Below, piece after piece: positions 12,662 through 23,633 of a DNA stretch of 64,000 nt (its first letter is position 1; each line of letters opens with the position of its first letter). The notes under the pieces were generated by a model. The model saw only the letters and a program-made list of their open reading frames with translations, was not told the origin of the DNA and searched no databases. A program made the position numbers and the translations under genes. The stretch comes from Chlorokybus atmophyticus (Eukaryota; Plantae; Mesostigma and Chlorokybus algae), in contig RHPI01000401.1 in the NCBI GenBank assembly GCA_009103225.1, positions 50,290 to 114,289 on the forward strand, given 5' to 3'.

Positions 12662-13122
12662 CAGTCTACCCCCGTTAAAAGACTTCGCTTTAAGGGAATA
12701 ACCCCGCTAAGATCATGGATTATATAAAGACCAATGGTTTTACAGGCAAATATCTTCGGTTAGTGGAATAGTCTTGTACGTAATAAGACTAAGGAGAAGG
12801 CTTGAAAATCTAAGTGGGCTCAGTCTTGTAACGGGGTAATACCTTGTTAATAGCATGATTGTCTTGTTGATATTTGAATAATTCTACAAAGCATTAAGTT
12901 CATTTATTGTATTGTATGGTTTAAAGGAAATATGACAGTGAATTTTGTTACGTCAGCAAATGATGACGTGGCTTGAAATTATCGGTCGATACCCCCATCA
13001 ACAGAATATATATTCTTTAAACAATTAAAGAATATACAAGCTTATAAGCGCCAAGAGAATAACCTCGTTAGTGGAATAACAAGCTGAAAGGTAAACGTGA
13101 TGCTTATAACGGGGTTAGACTG
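12662..13122. mobile_element. pogo/Tc1-type MITE (461 bp, TA TSD)
   Basis: TA|CAGTCTACCCCCGTTAAAAG ... CTTATAACGGGGTTAGACTG|TA: 20-bp TIR with 2 mismatches and an AT-rich interior. Terminus resembles the pogo TIR at 40995. Confidence 0.85.
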
Positions 13123-13920
13123 TAGTAGGGCCACAGGACCGCGGGACCGCACCTGGTTCGCATTCAGGGCCAACGTACATTACTGGTCCGTGCCGCACCA
13201 TGGATGGTGCGGCACGGACCATGCGTGGTGCACGTCGCCAGCCATTCACGGGCCGCGGGTCCCAGAACGGACCAGGAACGGTCCGTCCCCCGCGGACCAG
13301 GTAGTTCTGGCTGCGGGACACGGACTATGCATGGTCCGCGGGGTCCGTGAAAGGACCATGCATGGTTCTTCAATGTCAAGCCGTGTGGAGATGACCCAGC
13401 GCAGTGAGCGATAACTCCAACACTATCACCATGCTTGCGTTACTGACCCCGCAACAAAGCGAATGCCATCATACTGTCGCCTGTGCATCGACAGACGTGT
13501 CATCACCGCGTCTCAACCCACATCACCACCACCGACACTCTTAAACGCGAGTAAACGACATCAACACACGACGGCCATCAACCGGCTGACTGACAAGACG
13601 CCATTGAGTCTTGACCGGCATTAACTGGCTGAAGAAATAGAATGCCTTGCGCGCGCCCCCCNNNNNNNNNNCCCGCCCCCGGCTGCAGACTGTGTCAGTA
13701 TTGGACATGCGTAGATTTATTTATTAGGTTTGATCTCAGGAGCGTAGCGACGTCTCATATGCTAATGTTTTTGTCTTTGGCGGCGGCGATTGCAGTCTTT
13801 GCAGCGTCTTGTGTCGTTTAGCGCTGGCTCGCTGCAAGCAAACCGCTTGGAAGGAAGAGGAACAGCCCGCCGGCAACATGGGTGCTTGCTGGCTTGATAC
13901 GTTGCGTATAACATGTTCGA

Positions 13921-15181
13921 TTGTTCAATGCTTGTGATTCAGGCGACGCAGCTAATCTTGCCGCAGACGCAGCTAATGCTTCCGGATCAGGTGTCACGAT
14001 TATGGCAGCTATCAGCGCTAGTGGTGGCGCTGCAGCAGGCAGCGTTGCGGGCGCCTTACAGCATCGGGCGCCTCGAATGGAACGTGCGCGTCGCGATTTG
14101 AGGCATTATGGCGGTCTTCTTGATCATGGTGGGTGGGGTAGCGGGCGAGGGGCTAGGCGCGGACGTGGCGGTGCGCGTTGTCGGTACGTGCTTGCATTAT
14201 CGTGGCTGTCGTAATTATATTTTTAATGACATTGCTTTCATGCACCCGGGACGCTTGCGTTGCACGAGATTCGGCGTTATTAGGACAGCACGCATTTTTT
14301 CATTGCGCATCGCCCGCTTCAGCGTCTGGTTGCTGTGATTTGCGAGAACTTTAGGCTGGAGATGCGCTGGCTGTTGCGCTGCTCGCCTTGCAAGAAGCCG
14401 CGGAGTTCTATGTGTCCGAGCTTATAAAAGACACGTGGGTTTTGCGACGACGTTCCATTTAATTTCGTGTGTTTATCTAGAGGCCAGCGTGTCAAATTGT
14501 TTTTGGAAAGTCGGCGTGCCCAATTAGAGTAGTAGGTCGTTTGTCAACGGTGACGGGTTGTGTGATCCATATAACGTTGTTGTTCTTGCAGGAACCATTG
14601 CTGGCAGGGCCAAGCGCGTGACGGTGCAACAAAAAGATGTGTGGTCAGCGCAGCAAATCCGCCACAAGCTTTCCAATCTTGGCGCTGCTCAAGCCAAGTG
14701 GGCTGCCAATGCAGACTGTAAGAAGGAGGTTCGTCGCGAGCGCAACTGGATCGCTATCGAGGAGGTCCTAGATCAGCACTAGTAGAGGCGCTTGGAGCGT
14801 AACGCAGAGAGGAAAGCAACTCGCCGCGAGCAACGTGTTAAGGAGCGTGAAGACAGACGGGCAGCCAAAGAGCAACAGCGCCGTGGGGTAGGGCTCAAGA
14901 GGCAGACCTATGGGTCTGCTGGCCATTTTAATGACGAGGAGTTTGACCTCGAGATTAACCTTGAGCTTTCGGCGAAGACCCCTTCTTCGTCTTCCGAAGA
15001 GAAGGAGGACGACAGCCCCCCCTCTTCGCCTGAGCTCGTTCGTCGAAACACTCGCTATCGACGTAATACCTTCAACCCTCCCGATGGCGGCGGCAAAGAT
15101 TTATTGGGTGGTGGGCGTGGTCTTGGTCCGGGCGGTGGAGGACTGGGTGGTGCCATGCTCGCGCGCGGGATCAGGATTTGA
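13921..15181 (+). pseudogene. Divergent histone H3-like gene with 2 introns, a non-canonical N-tail and a charged C-terminal extension
   Basis: ARCR|PGTLALHEIRRY*DSTHFFIAHRPLQRLVAVICENFRLEMRW/ALLALQEAAEFYVSELIKDT|NHC/GRAKRVTVQQKDVWSAQQIR aligns colinearly with H3 [23 protein letters not shown]...AKRVTIMPKDIQLARRIR. Introns at 14184-about 14244 (acceptor damaged) and 14435-14591. TAG at 14281 and two small frameshifts. Confidence 0.88.
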
Positions 15182-15599
15182 GTGTACATATAGGTTGTTA
15201 TGAATCTGACATGATCTTTGCTTGGCTTGTTTGCGTTGTGATCGATATTCTGTGTGTGCGATCGGGTACTTGTGCGTGGCACTTGAAAATAACATGTGTG
15301 CCAATATGATAATATATCGGCATACGTACTGCACATTTATTGTCCCCAACAACGACGCCCGATAACTGTCAGCTTAACGGTTAGAACGGTGTCGTGTCGA
15401 TGTCGTTACTGATATTGAATATACATTTCATATGATAAGCATGTGATATCGGCGTTGATGAACTTGAAATTAGCCTGACAATGCCATATACATGTTGTGA
15501 CCGACTGAACGGTATCAGGGTCAGCGTTGCATTGCGCAACGCGATTGGGAGTTAAGGCTGAACGGCTATTGCATAGGCGGATAATTCTCCTCAACAACT

Positions 15600-16160
15600 T
15601 AGGCTACACGCCTGAGCTGATTTGCGACTACCCTTTGAGTGACGACGAGGTGGACGCCATGATACGTGAAGGCATGACCACAGATCGGCAATTTTGAGCA
15701 GAGTTCCAGACGGCACATTGACCGTTGTCTGCTTTGTCGTCGCATATTTGTAATAGCATATATTATGTCATCATATATGTGTCTTGTATATGTAATATAA
15801 GTCGCTGACAACAATTTGGTGCCAGGTGCCGCCAAATGTCTTTACGCCAAGTATGGCAGGCAATTTGAGCGAGGCACAGATCCACATGCAGCTTTGTCAA
15901 CACTGTTGAGAACCATAAATGTTGATTGCGGACGTGCACCTGAGTTCCCATGTATATGTGCAACGCAACTGCTGAAGTTGATTTGTATCTTTCAAGTCTT
16001 GGATTGGGACGAGTACAGACGCTTGATTTTTGACCAAGCGACTCGTATGTTGGCAAATTGCGTCGTTAAAACAATCAGATGTGCTTTGTTAATGAGGTTG
16101 AGGCTTGCGAGTTACAAGATTCGTTTTGTCCGTTTTAACATGCCGCATGTACACTGCTAA
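15600..16160 (+). pseudogene. Unknown protein, paralog A (intron-containing)
   Basis: LGYTPELICDYPLSDDEVDAMIREG...|GAAKCLYAKYGRQF...RRLIFD, homologous to paralog B with an intron at the equivalent position. Contains in-frame TGA stops. Confidence 0.5.
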
Positions 16161-16619
16161 AGCACAACATAGGCATAAACCCAACAGCGTCATTGATTTG
16201 AACAACATTTCGGATTTGAACAACCAAACCTGCCTGCTTTTCAAGGGGTCTCCGGCCAACGTATTCAGGCATTCTACACCATTTTTATGTCACTCTAAAG
16301 TTAAGTCCCGCTCTTTGGCTTTGGCCAATTCTTGCAAGTCGTACGTGGCTTCAATGTCCATGTTTACTTAACTGTCGAACGTTCAATTGTTGAGTAATTT
16401 ACTTAACTTTGTCGGGGGTTTGCGCGCATGTTGTTGAAAGCGAGTCTTGAGATGGATGGAGTGACCGATGTATACCGTACATGCATGTTGCATCGCGTGA
16501 TGATATGCCATTAGTATGTGACATTGCATTATTATTTTTGTGGCATGGTTCACCTTAGCTTACCAAATGCAATGTGGGTGAGCTTGTACACGTAGTACTG
16601 CTTCAAACCTTGTAAGATT

Positions 16620-17566
16620 TAGCTTTTTTCAATTTTGCGGCTTGATGACGATGTGGTCCTGCAGAGTAGATGCCGCGCTTGATGATGAGGGCATGTCAAT
16701 ACTCGGAATGTGTGAGCAGTCGTCCAGCATGCTACGGCGGCGCTTTTCTTTTTATGGTTGGCACTGGCACGTGTTGGCATATTTCCCTTATGAGCTCGAT
16801 GGCCTGGGCCTCTGTCAGGTGCTTGCAAATATCCCATATAATCGCCTCCAATCGAAAATGAGCTCCATCAGCTGGTCCGTTTTAACCAGGATGGTGTTCT
16901 CGTCGTGGCCGCTGTCCTTGATCATGGCTGCGTTGAGCGCCGCAAACGTGTCGTATCTGTGCATGTTCGGTAGGAACTCTTTGCCGAATTTGGCGAAGTA
17001 GTACTTGCTGGAGCCTGTAATTGAAATTGTGTTAGCACAGTTCCTATGATGACGTTCACACCCACAGACACATGTTTCCCTAATGCACAATCACATGTTG
17101 GAGGCGCGTTTTTATGGCCATATATTTCTTTAAAGCGCTTTTCGGCCTCTTCACCCTTGCGAGAGAGGCGGTCGACATCGTCTTGGGTCCAAAAGGTGAC
17201 ACCATAATACTCTTGCGGCAAGAAACTCAGGTTGTCTAATCTGAACTTCTGTCTGTCGGTCTGAACGTAAGGGGACTGGTTCTCAGCTGGTTCGTTGATA
17301 TTGATTGATTGCATTGGCTTTTTGTTAAACTTGGCATAATTTTCGTAATACCCGCCCACGATCTCGTCGACCCTGTGTGAATTTGCACATGTAAGTGATG
17401 TGCTCTGTTGGGAAAGTGACAGCGACGTTTCACATACATACTTCTCCATTGGTGGTGATGATTGATAAGCCGATATACTTGAAACGTTGCTGTGCCGCCG
17501 TTGCGCCGCCACCAGCCGACCGCCCTCTCGAGTGAAAGGGCCTGGTGGACCCATGGCCCCTTTCAT
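16620..17566 (-). pseudogene. Unknown protein, paralog B (intron about 17096-17015)
   Basis: LSFLPQEYYGVTFWTQDDVDRLSRKG...PPT|CSSKYYFAKFGKEF...MELIFDW, followed by several stops. Confidence 0.55.
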
Positions 17567-17779
17567 TTGCTCGCATCACGTGCCTATACGATAATGTCAT
17601 GTAAACTTATCTTACATGTACAACGTTAGTAACAACGTTATATAACTTATACCGTCATATCACACTTACTTGATCTATCACGCATTAGCATAATGTTCAT
17701 AGGTAATGTCGTTCCATCCCTTTTTGAAAACCATGGTCAGTTGTCAGACGTCTTTCGTCTCTTGAAGCGTCGGCGAGGC

Positions 17780-19200
17780 TAAGTCGGCAGGTTGGGGTAG
17801 TGTGTTCAATCCGAATGCTGAGCGATGCGTGACTCGCGACAGCGCCACGTAGCAAAGGCCTTGGCAAAAGGCATTTCGGATGTCAATGTATGTAGTGTGA
17901 TCTATAGTCATCACACGGCTTGACGTTCAAGAACCATGCATGGTCCTTCCACGGACCCCGCGGGCCATACATGGTCCGTCCCCGCGGACCACGAGTGTCT
18001 GGTCCGCGAGGGACGGACCGTCTATGGTCCTTTTGGGGCATCATATGGGTGGGGCATCATGGTCCATCATTATGATGCATGCCATGGCATTTGTGTGCGG
18101 TGACTGCATAACCTATTTGCATTGAGAATGTGCCTTTTCAGTAAGTTTGCCGTGGTTGGCGTAACAGTATTGCCGATAGCTTTATGTGACACGGACTATT
18201 TTATCAACGTCATCAATTTTAACAAATATGGCTTTTACATTGCCGACAGTGTGTGTTATCTCAGTGACCATTCCTGTTGAACCGTTGGTGTATCCTCTAC
18301 ACGATCCGTATTCTTAAACACTACGCGCACCGATAGCGACAATAGATAACCTATAGTAGTTACCGTCACTGATAAATTAGGCGACGCATGCTATTTGCAA
18401 TGAGGCTTCCGTGCACTTGCGTTTCAGTGGAATTGCTAATATGTTGCTGTTGTCGTAGAGGTATCGCAGTAATAAGTCATTGTAAAACATATTATCCGCA
18501 ACGTGTGAACATATCACCGTCACATGCGTTGTTTCGGCGACTACGTTACCGAAGTCACTTACGCACGCGGATACAACGTTGTCGATAATGGCCGCGATGG
18601 GTGGTTGCGTGCGTATCGTTCGTAAGAAATTCATGAACTCGATATCGCTTTGTTGACGAATCGATGTTGTACATTCGAATACGGTGGCACTCTCCCATCG
18701 ATGGCTTACTAATGTAGCGCAACGCTCGCAATTATTGCTGCGGTGGTGGCAAATGGCCGGTACTTCATGCGTATCATCTGCAAGGATCACTGTTAGGTTA
18801 TTCAGAATCATGGGCAATTTTGGGACCCCTTGATTCTTGACTATTCACGCCGTTGCGTCTTGATACTCATAACATGTGCGGTTTCATGCCATTTTCGTGA
18901 GAATATCCAATCGTTATCGTACTTTTTGTCCCATTTCTGCAAATCGAAATGGAGTTCTTCACCCATTTATGAATTGAGTATTCACGGTCGTTAGCGCGTG
19001 CTGCTAGCGACTTGCATGTTTATGGTGAATTGCGTTGAATAGGCGTGTTTTGGTAATCAAGACTTCAATGATGTGCGAATGCCGTGAACATTCCACCACA
19101 TCGTAAGCATTTCATGGTGGAAAGTGCTGAATAAGCACCCACAGCTATGGTTGTGTTGCTAAAAAACGTTTTGGTGAGTCAATACCGAAACTGTTCAACT
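17780..19200 (-). pseudogene. Degenerate Pif1-family (SF1B) helicase
   Basis: VILADDTHEVPAI, IRQQSDIEFMNFLRTIR, GARVVFKN...YTNGSTGMV, IGYAVTAHKCHGM|TID and GLCYVALSRV. Multiple frameshifts. No Rep/HUH domain seen. Confidence 0.8.
17912..18077. mobile_element. 166-bp remnant of the CACAC-TIR CACTA family inserted in the helicase (TSD CAT)
   Basis: Starts cacacggcttgacgtt, carries GGACC repeats and has cat on both sides. Removal restores HKCHGMTID. The right TIR is missing. Confidence 0.75.
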
Positions 19201-19426
19201 ATATTATATTACCATAACGGCATAGACGCCGCCATGGAATGGTGGACGTAAGTGTATATGCACGGTAAAACGGCGGGCACCGTACCAGGTCAGCGCCTTG
19301 GCCTGGTCTGATGGCTAGCCGGACGCATCCAGGCCGGCGAACCAATAACCAGGCCAAGCACTTGGCCTGGTTATTTTTGCCTGGTGGCGAAGTGGTGCGC
19401 AGGCCCTACGCCTACGTGGCCTTACC

Positions 19427-21945
19427 TGTTGAAGGTATCACATGGGTGATGCTTGTATCCGGTCAGCTTGCCCTCTACACAAGAGTCGAGAGTCGAAGGT
19501 ATGGGCTGAGCACGTGGACTCCGGACTTAGCAAGATGGTCGAGCCAGGACGGACTCCGGACCAGATGCTGAGTAGAGCGTTGGGAGAAACCGCGTAGCTT
19601 TGTAGATACGTAAGCTTAGCAAGCGTGGCTTAGCTTGTTGGAAAGCTCTGGTGGTGAGCTAAACAGCGCAACTTAGAGCGCGTTGAAAGGCTGAGTATTG
19701 CGCACGCGGTGCTTGCAAATGTAGACGTGTGTAGAAACTGGCGGGGTATAAAACCCCTGGACTTGTATGGCAGTAATGGCAGTAGCAGTCATGCTCTTGT
19801 GTTGATGTTGTTGGCGTGTCACTTGCACGTGTGTATGTCAACAGGTTATGGGCCCACACATGCTTGTGTAGGTTGATGGAGTGTGTTACGATTGTGTGAG
19901 TAGCTGTAATTGCTTGGTGGAATAGGTTGTAAAGTCTGCAAGTAGCAGAGGGGCAACCACGGCCACAAGCATGGACGGCTTGAAGTTCACAATTGAACCA
20001 CTGGACGTTGACAACTACAACATATGGAGCGTGAAGATGGAGCTACTACTGGCCCACAAGGAGCTGTGGAAGTATGTGGATCCAGCGGAGGCAGTCCCTG
20101 TAGGCGAAGCGAGTGTCTGGCCAAAACAAGGGAGAAAAGCTTTGTCTTTTATAGGTTTGCACATGGCTGATCATCACCTGGTGCTGGTGAAGGAGTGCAA
20201 GAGTGCACAGGAGCTTTGAACGAAGTTGGATAGCCACTTCAAGTCGCGCAACATGGCGAGGAGACTGCAGCTCAGGCAGGAGCTCAACTCATTGCGCAAG
20301 GAGAGCGGGGAGCCCATTGTCAAGTTCATGGCGCGAGCGAAGGCGTTGTGGAGGGACTTGCTGGGTGTTGGCCATGAGCTCAAGGAAGTTGAGGTGGTGT
20401 GGACTGTGCTCTCAGGTTTGCCCAAAGAGTACAGGGTGGTTGTCACTATCTTGGAGTCTGGGAAGGAGGACTTGTCAATGGATGGGGTGACACCAATGCT
20501 TCTTCAAGAAGAGCAGCGCTTGAGGAAGGAGGACGATGATGGGGAGGGAGCACCTGGAGGTGCTATGGCATTCACGTCATCATCGAAGCATCATGTGAGG
20601 AAGGGCTTTCGAGGCATCAACGTGGAGTGTTGGCAATGCGGGGAGCGTGGTCACATCAAAATGAAGTGTCCCAAGTTAAAGAAGGCTGATGGTGAGCATC
20701 GAGCGGTTGCTTTCCATGCATCGGATGAGGGAGCGGAGTATCCTGGGTGGGTGCTGGACACGGGAGCAAACAGGCATCTCACAAGCGACATGAGCAAGCT
20801 CACCAACCTCACTCCTTTACCTGAGCAAGTCACGCTGGATTTTGGGAACCGGCAGATGCTGGAAGCTGTTGCAAAGGGAGATGCCAATCTGAGGTGCAAG
20901 GTTGGTTGTATGGTGAAGGAGGTTGTGCTTAGGGATGTACTGTATGTGCCAGGTGCATGTGCTCGTTTGTTCTCAGTACGTAGAGCCACGATAGTCGGTG
21001 CAAGGGCTGTGTTTGATGCGGACAAGGCTCGTATAGAGCTTGGCGGTGTCACGCATGTAGTAGGCATCAACAGGGGTGGACTCTACTATGTGGAGGAGGA
21101 CGGTGCGCATAAGGTTGTTGCAAAGACAAGGGTGGTCGAGAAGATAGCGTTTAAGACACCACAAGGTCATGGCAACAAGGAGGAGGCACAGAAGGTTGCT
21201 GTCACAAGGAGCTCGGAGCCCGTGGGAGCTGCAAAGAGCTACAAGGAAGCGCTGGCGAGCAAGGCGCAGCAAGTGAAGGTTAGCAAGGAGCATGTGCATG
21301 AAGAGCATCACAGAGACAAGGGCAAGAAGTTGAAGGCCAACTTAGGGGCCCGAGTTGCTGTGAAGGACAAGGTGTTCTCTACAAACAAGTTTCAAGCTTT
21401 GGTGGGAAGCGTGGAGGAGCTGGAGCAAGAGGAGGTAAAGAGCTTCCATGCCATCGTTCGGAAGAAGAAGAGAAGCAAGGATTGCGAATATGTTGGAGGT
21501 GTTGAAGACCAAGCTGCCCGCGTGGGAGTGTTGAAGGTATCACATGGGTGATGCTTGTATCCGGTCAGCTTGCCCTCTACACAAGAGTCGAGAGTCGAAG
21601 GTATGGGTTGAGCACGTGGACTCCGGACTTAGCAAGATGGTCGAGCCAGGACGGACTCCGGACCAGATGCTGAGTAGAGCGTTGGGAGAAACCGCGTAGC
21701 TTTATGGATACGTAAGCTTAGCAAGCGTGGCTTAGCTTGTTGGAAAGCTCTGGTGGTGAGCTAAACAGCGCAACTTAGAGCGCGTTGAAAGGCTAAGTAT
21801 TGCGCACGCGGTGCTTGCAAATGTAGACGTGTGTAGAAACTGGCGGGGTATAAAACCCCTGGACTTGTATGGCAGTAATGGCAGTAGCAGTCATGCTCTT
21901 GTGTTGATGTTGTTGGCGTGTCACTTGCACGTGTGTATGTCAACA
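19427..21945 (+). mobile_element. Young non-autonomous Copia LTR element (gag-protease only; TR-GAG-like)
   Basis: 417-bp LTRs at 19427-19843 and 21529-21945 differ by 4 transitions. TSD TTACC. PBS GGTTATGGGCCCA at 19844. No integrase, RT or RNase H motifs. Confidence 0.95.
19971..21551 (+). CDS. Copia gag (CCHC knuckle) and protease with a Lys/Glu-rich tail; one in-frame TGA at 20217
   Basis: NYNIWSVKMELLL, RRLQLRQELNSL, CWQCGERGHIKMKC, WVLDTGANRHL, VLYVPG. Confidence 0.85.
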
Positions 21946-22681
21946 TTACCTGCGCTGCGGCGGCAAGGCCACGCAGGCTGTGCTGGTTAGACGAGTCCAA
22001 TGGAGTTGCGCACAATATGAGAAAGCGCGGAACCCAAACAAAACTGCATACCAACTTGGCGACGCAATTGAAGAAAAAGTGACGAGCGTGTTTCATGTTA
22101 GTTACGTCACTGTGAGTTAGCATAATTGAAATACTCTCGATTGCGCAGACATCTGTCTGAGCGGCTGCGGTGGAGGTGGAGGTGGAGATGGCGGCGGAGG
22201 TGACGGCTGGTGGCCGGCGGCACATCTCAAAGTGGAACAGTACTGCAGTGAATAGCTATGGCGGTTGACAATTGCTACATCTGGTGGGCGGCTGTATGGT
22301 TGCAGCGGCTACGACCATGACACCAGGCGGCAGTAGCTGTGGCGGCATCAGGTATGCTTTGCGTGCCCAGCTGCCCCCATCAACATGATCGTCACTCCTA
22401 CAAGAGGTTGCAAGGCCGCCGTCCGACTAACACCATTTTTTCAAACTTCGAAAGCTAGTTTAGGTTATGGTAGGATAGAGGCATAGTCACTCAACATGGT
22501 AGGGGTTGTACATCTTGATTGGTAAGTTATATACTCTGTTCTTTGTCATCTGTGTATGCACGCACGCAACATGATGCACATGCGCACGCGCATGCATGCT
22601 TGCATGCCTATACGCGTACTCATTGACACATGCACCCACACGCATACATCCGCACGAGTGCACACGCGGTGTGCTGAACGG

Positions 22682-23590
22682 CTAGAACAGGGAGAGTAGT
22701 GGGGCAGAAGGAAGAGTCCGGGCTGCTCTCTCTACCATACGCATGATGTCTATTGCTGACAAAGTGAGCAAGGTCTCTGGTCCACCCTTCACTCCCAGTA
22801 GCAGGTCAGTACGAAGCCACAGGGTGTCTGCAAGGTTCAAGGGGTTGATTGCCAATGCTTGTGCCTCATGCGCACCATCGTCCATCCACAACCAAGCCGT
22901 CACCATAACCGATCTCCCTGTGTGAGTGATGTGCATGAAACTCACCACAAGGAAGTGAAGCAGTGTAGTGTTGGGGTCTAGTCCCAGTGTGCACAAGCCC
23001 AATTGACGCCCCGTGTCAAGAGCATCAGCGGACGCCCCCGTGTGGGTGGCAATTGGGAGAGATAAGAGAGGAGATGAAGAGCGTGACAAACCTACCCACC
23101 AAGCGTCCTTTCTCCACCTGTACACAGCTGCAGCAAGGTGAGGTGCTGCAGGGGAAGGGTCTGTGTCGGGTGTGGTGAGAGGGGGACGAGGGGGACTGCC
23201 ATCTTCCTCTTGCTGAACGTCCGTTGCCGCCTGTCCTTTGTCTCCATGCATATGCCAGCTCGGGGAGAGTGCGAGTGGGCGTGTTAAAAACCTCGAAGGC
23301 TGCACTAGAGAGGGGGGCATAGAGCCGGGTGGAGGGGCTTCCATGGCTTCATCCTCCTCTGCAAACTTGGGTGGTTGAGGTGGGGAGGGGCAGCTGTGGT
23401 CTGCCATCCATTGCCTTGCCGCATCCGCCAGCTGCTGCAGTGTGATATGACCGACAACGGACTTGCTTGTTTTCAAGGAAGATGTGGTCTCCCAGTTATC
23501 AAGATTCACCCATCGCTCATATGGGCCAGGAGGATACCTTGTGGTGGCGTCCACCATGATAGGGCAGACAAATAAAAAGAACAGGGGCAT
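22682..23590 (-). CDS. Uncharacterised ORF, probably the C-terminal tail of the DNMT-Gypsy polyprotein
   Basis: 302-aa open frame on the same strand as, and downstream of, the INT-PHD region, separated from it only by nested insertions. No confident domain. Confidence 0.4.
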   Translation of the reverse strand: MPLFFLFVCPIMVDATTRYPPGPYERWVNLDNWETTSSLKTSKSVVGHITLQQLADAARQWMADHSCPSPPQPPKFAEEDEAMEAPPPGSMPPSLVQPSRFLTRPLALSPSWHMHGDKGQAATDVQQEEDGSPPRPPLTTPDTDPSPAAPHLAAAVYRWRKDAWWVGLSRSSSPLLSLPIATHTGASADALDTGRQLGLCTLGLDPNTTLLHFLVVSFMHITHTGRSVMVTAWLWMDDGAHEAQALAINPLNLADTLWLRTDLLLGVKGGPETLLTLSAIDIMRMVERAARTLPSAPLLSLF

Positions 23591-23633
23591 TATCTGTCTT
23601 GCTTCTCACAGAAACCGCCGACAGCAGCACTGC

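Larger units (their letters stand above)
11042..13387. mobile_element. Non-autonomous CACTA/CMC-type element (TIR CACAC[C/G]GCTTGAC[G/A]TT, 3-bp TSD GAG)
   Basis: cacaccgcttgacgtt at 11042, aatgtcaagccgtgtg ending at 13387, gag on both sides. GGACC/GGTCC palindromic subterminal repeats. Same terminus as 17912 and 47243. Removal rejoins a reading frame (KILDARE|MTQRSER). Confidence 0.85.

Noticed and set aside
13921-15181. Calling the H3-like gene CENH3
   Set aside because: Loop 1 is not extended and Q68 is retained. Only F84W agrees, so it is left as a divergent H3-like gene.
13660-19400. Endogenous giant-virus origin for the histone plus helicase block
   Set aside because: Spliceosomal introns are present and no viral hallmark genes (capsid, polB, packaging ATPase) were seen.
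22250-22680. 3' LTR of the DNMT-Gypsy
   Set aside because: No polypurine tract, no TG...CA boundary and no second copy in the window.
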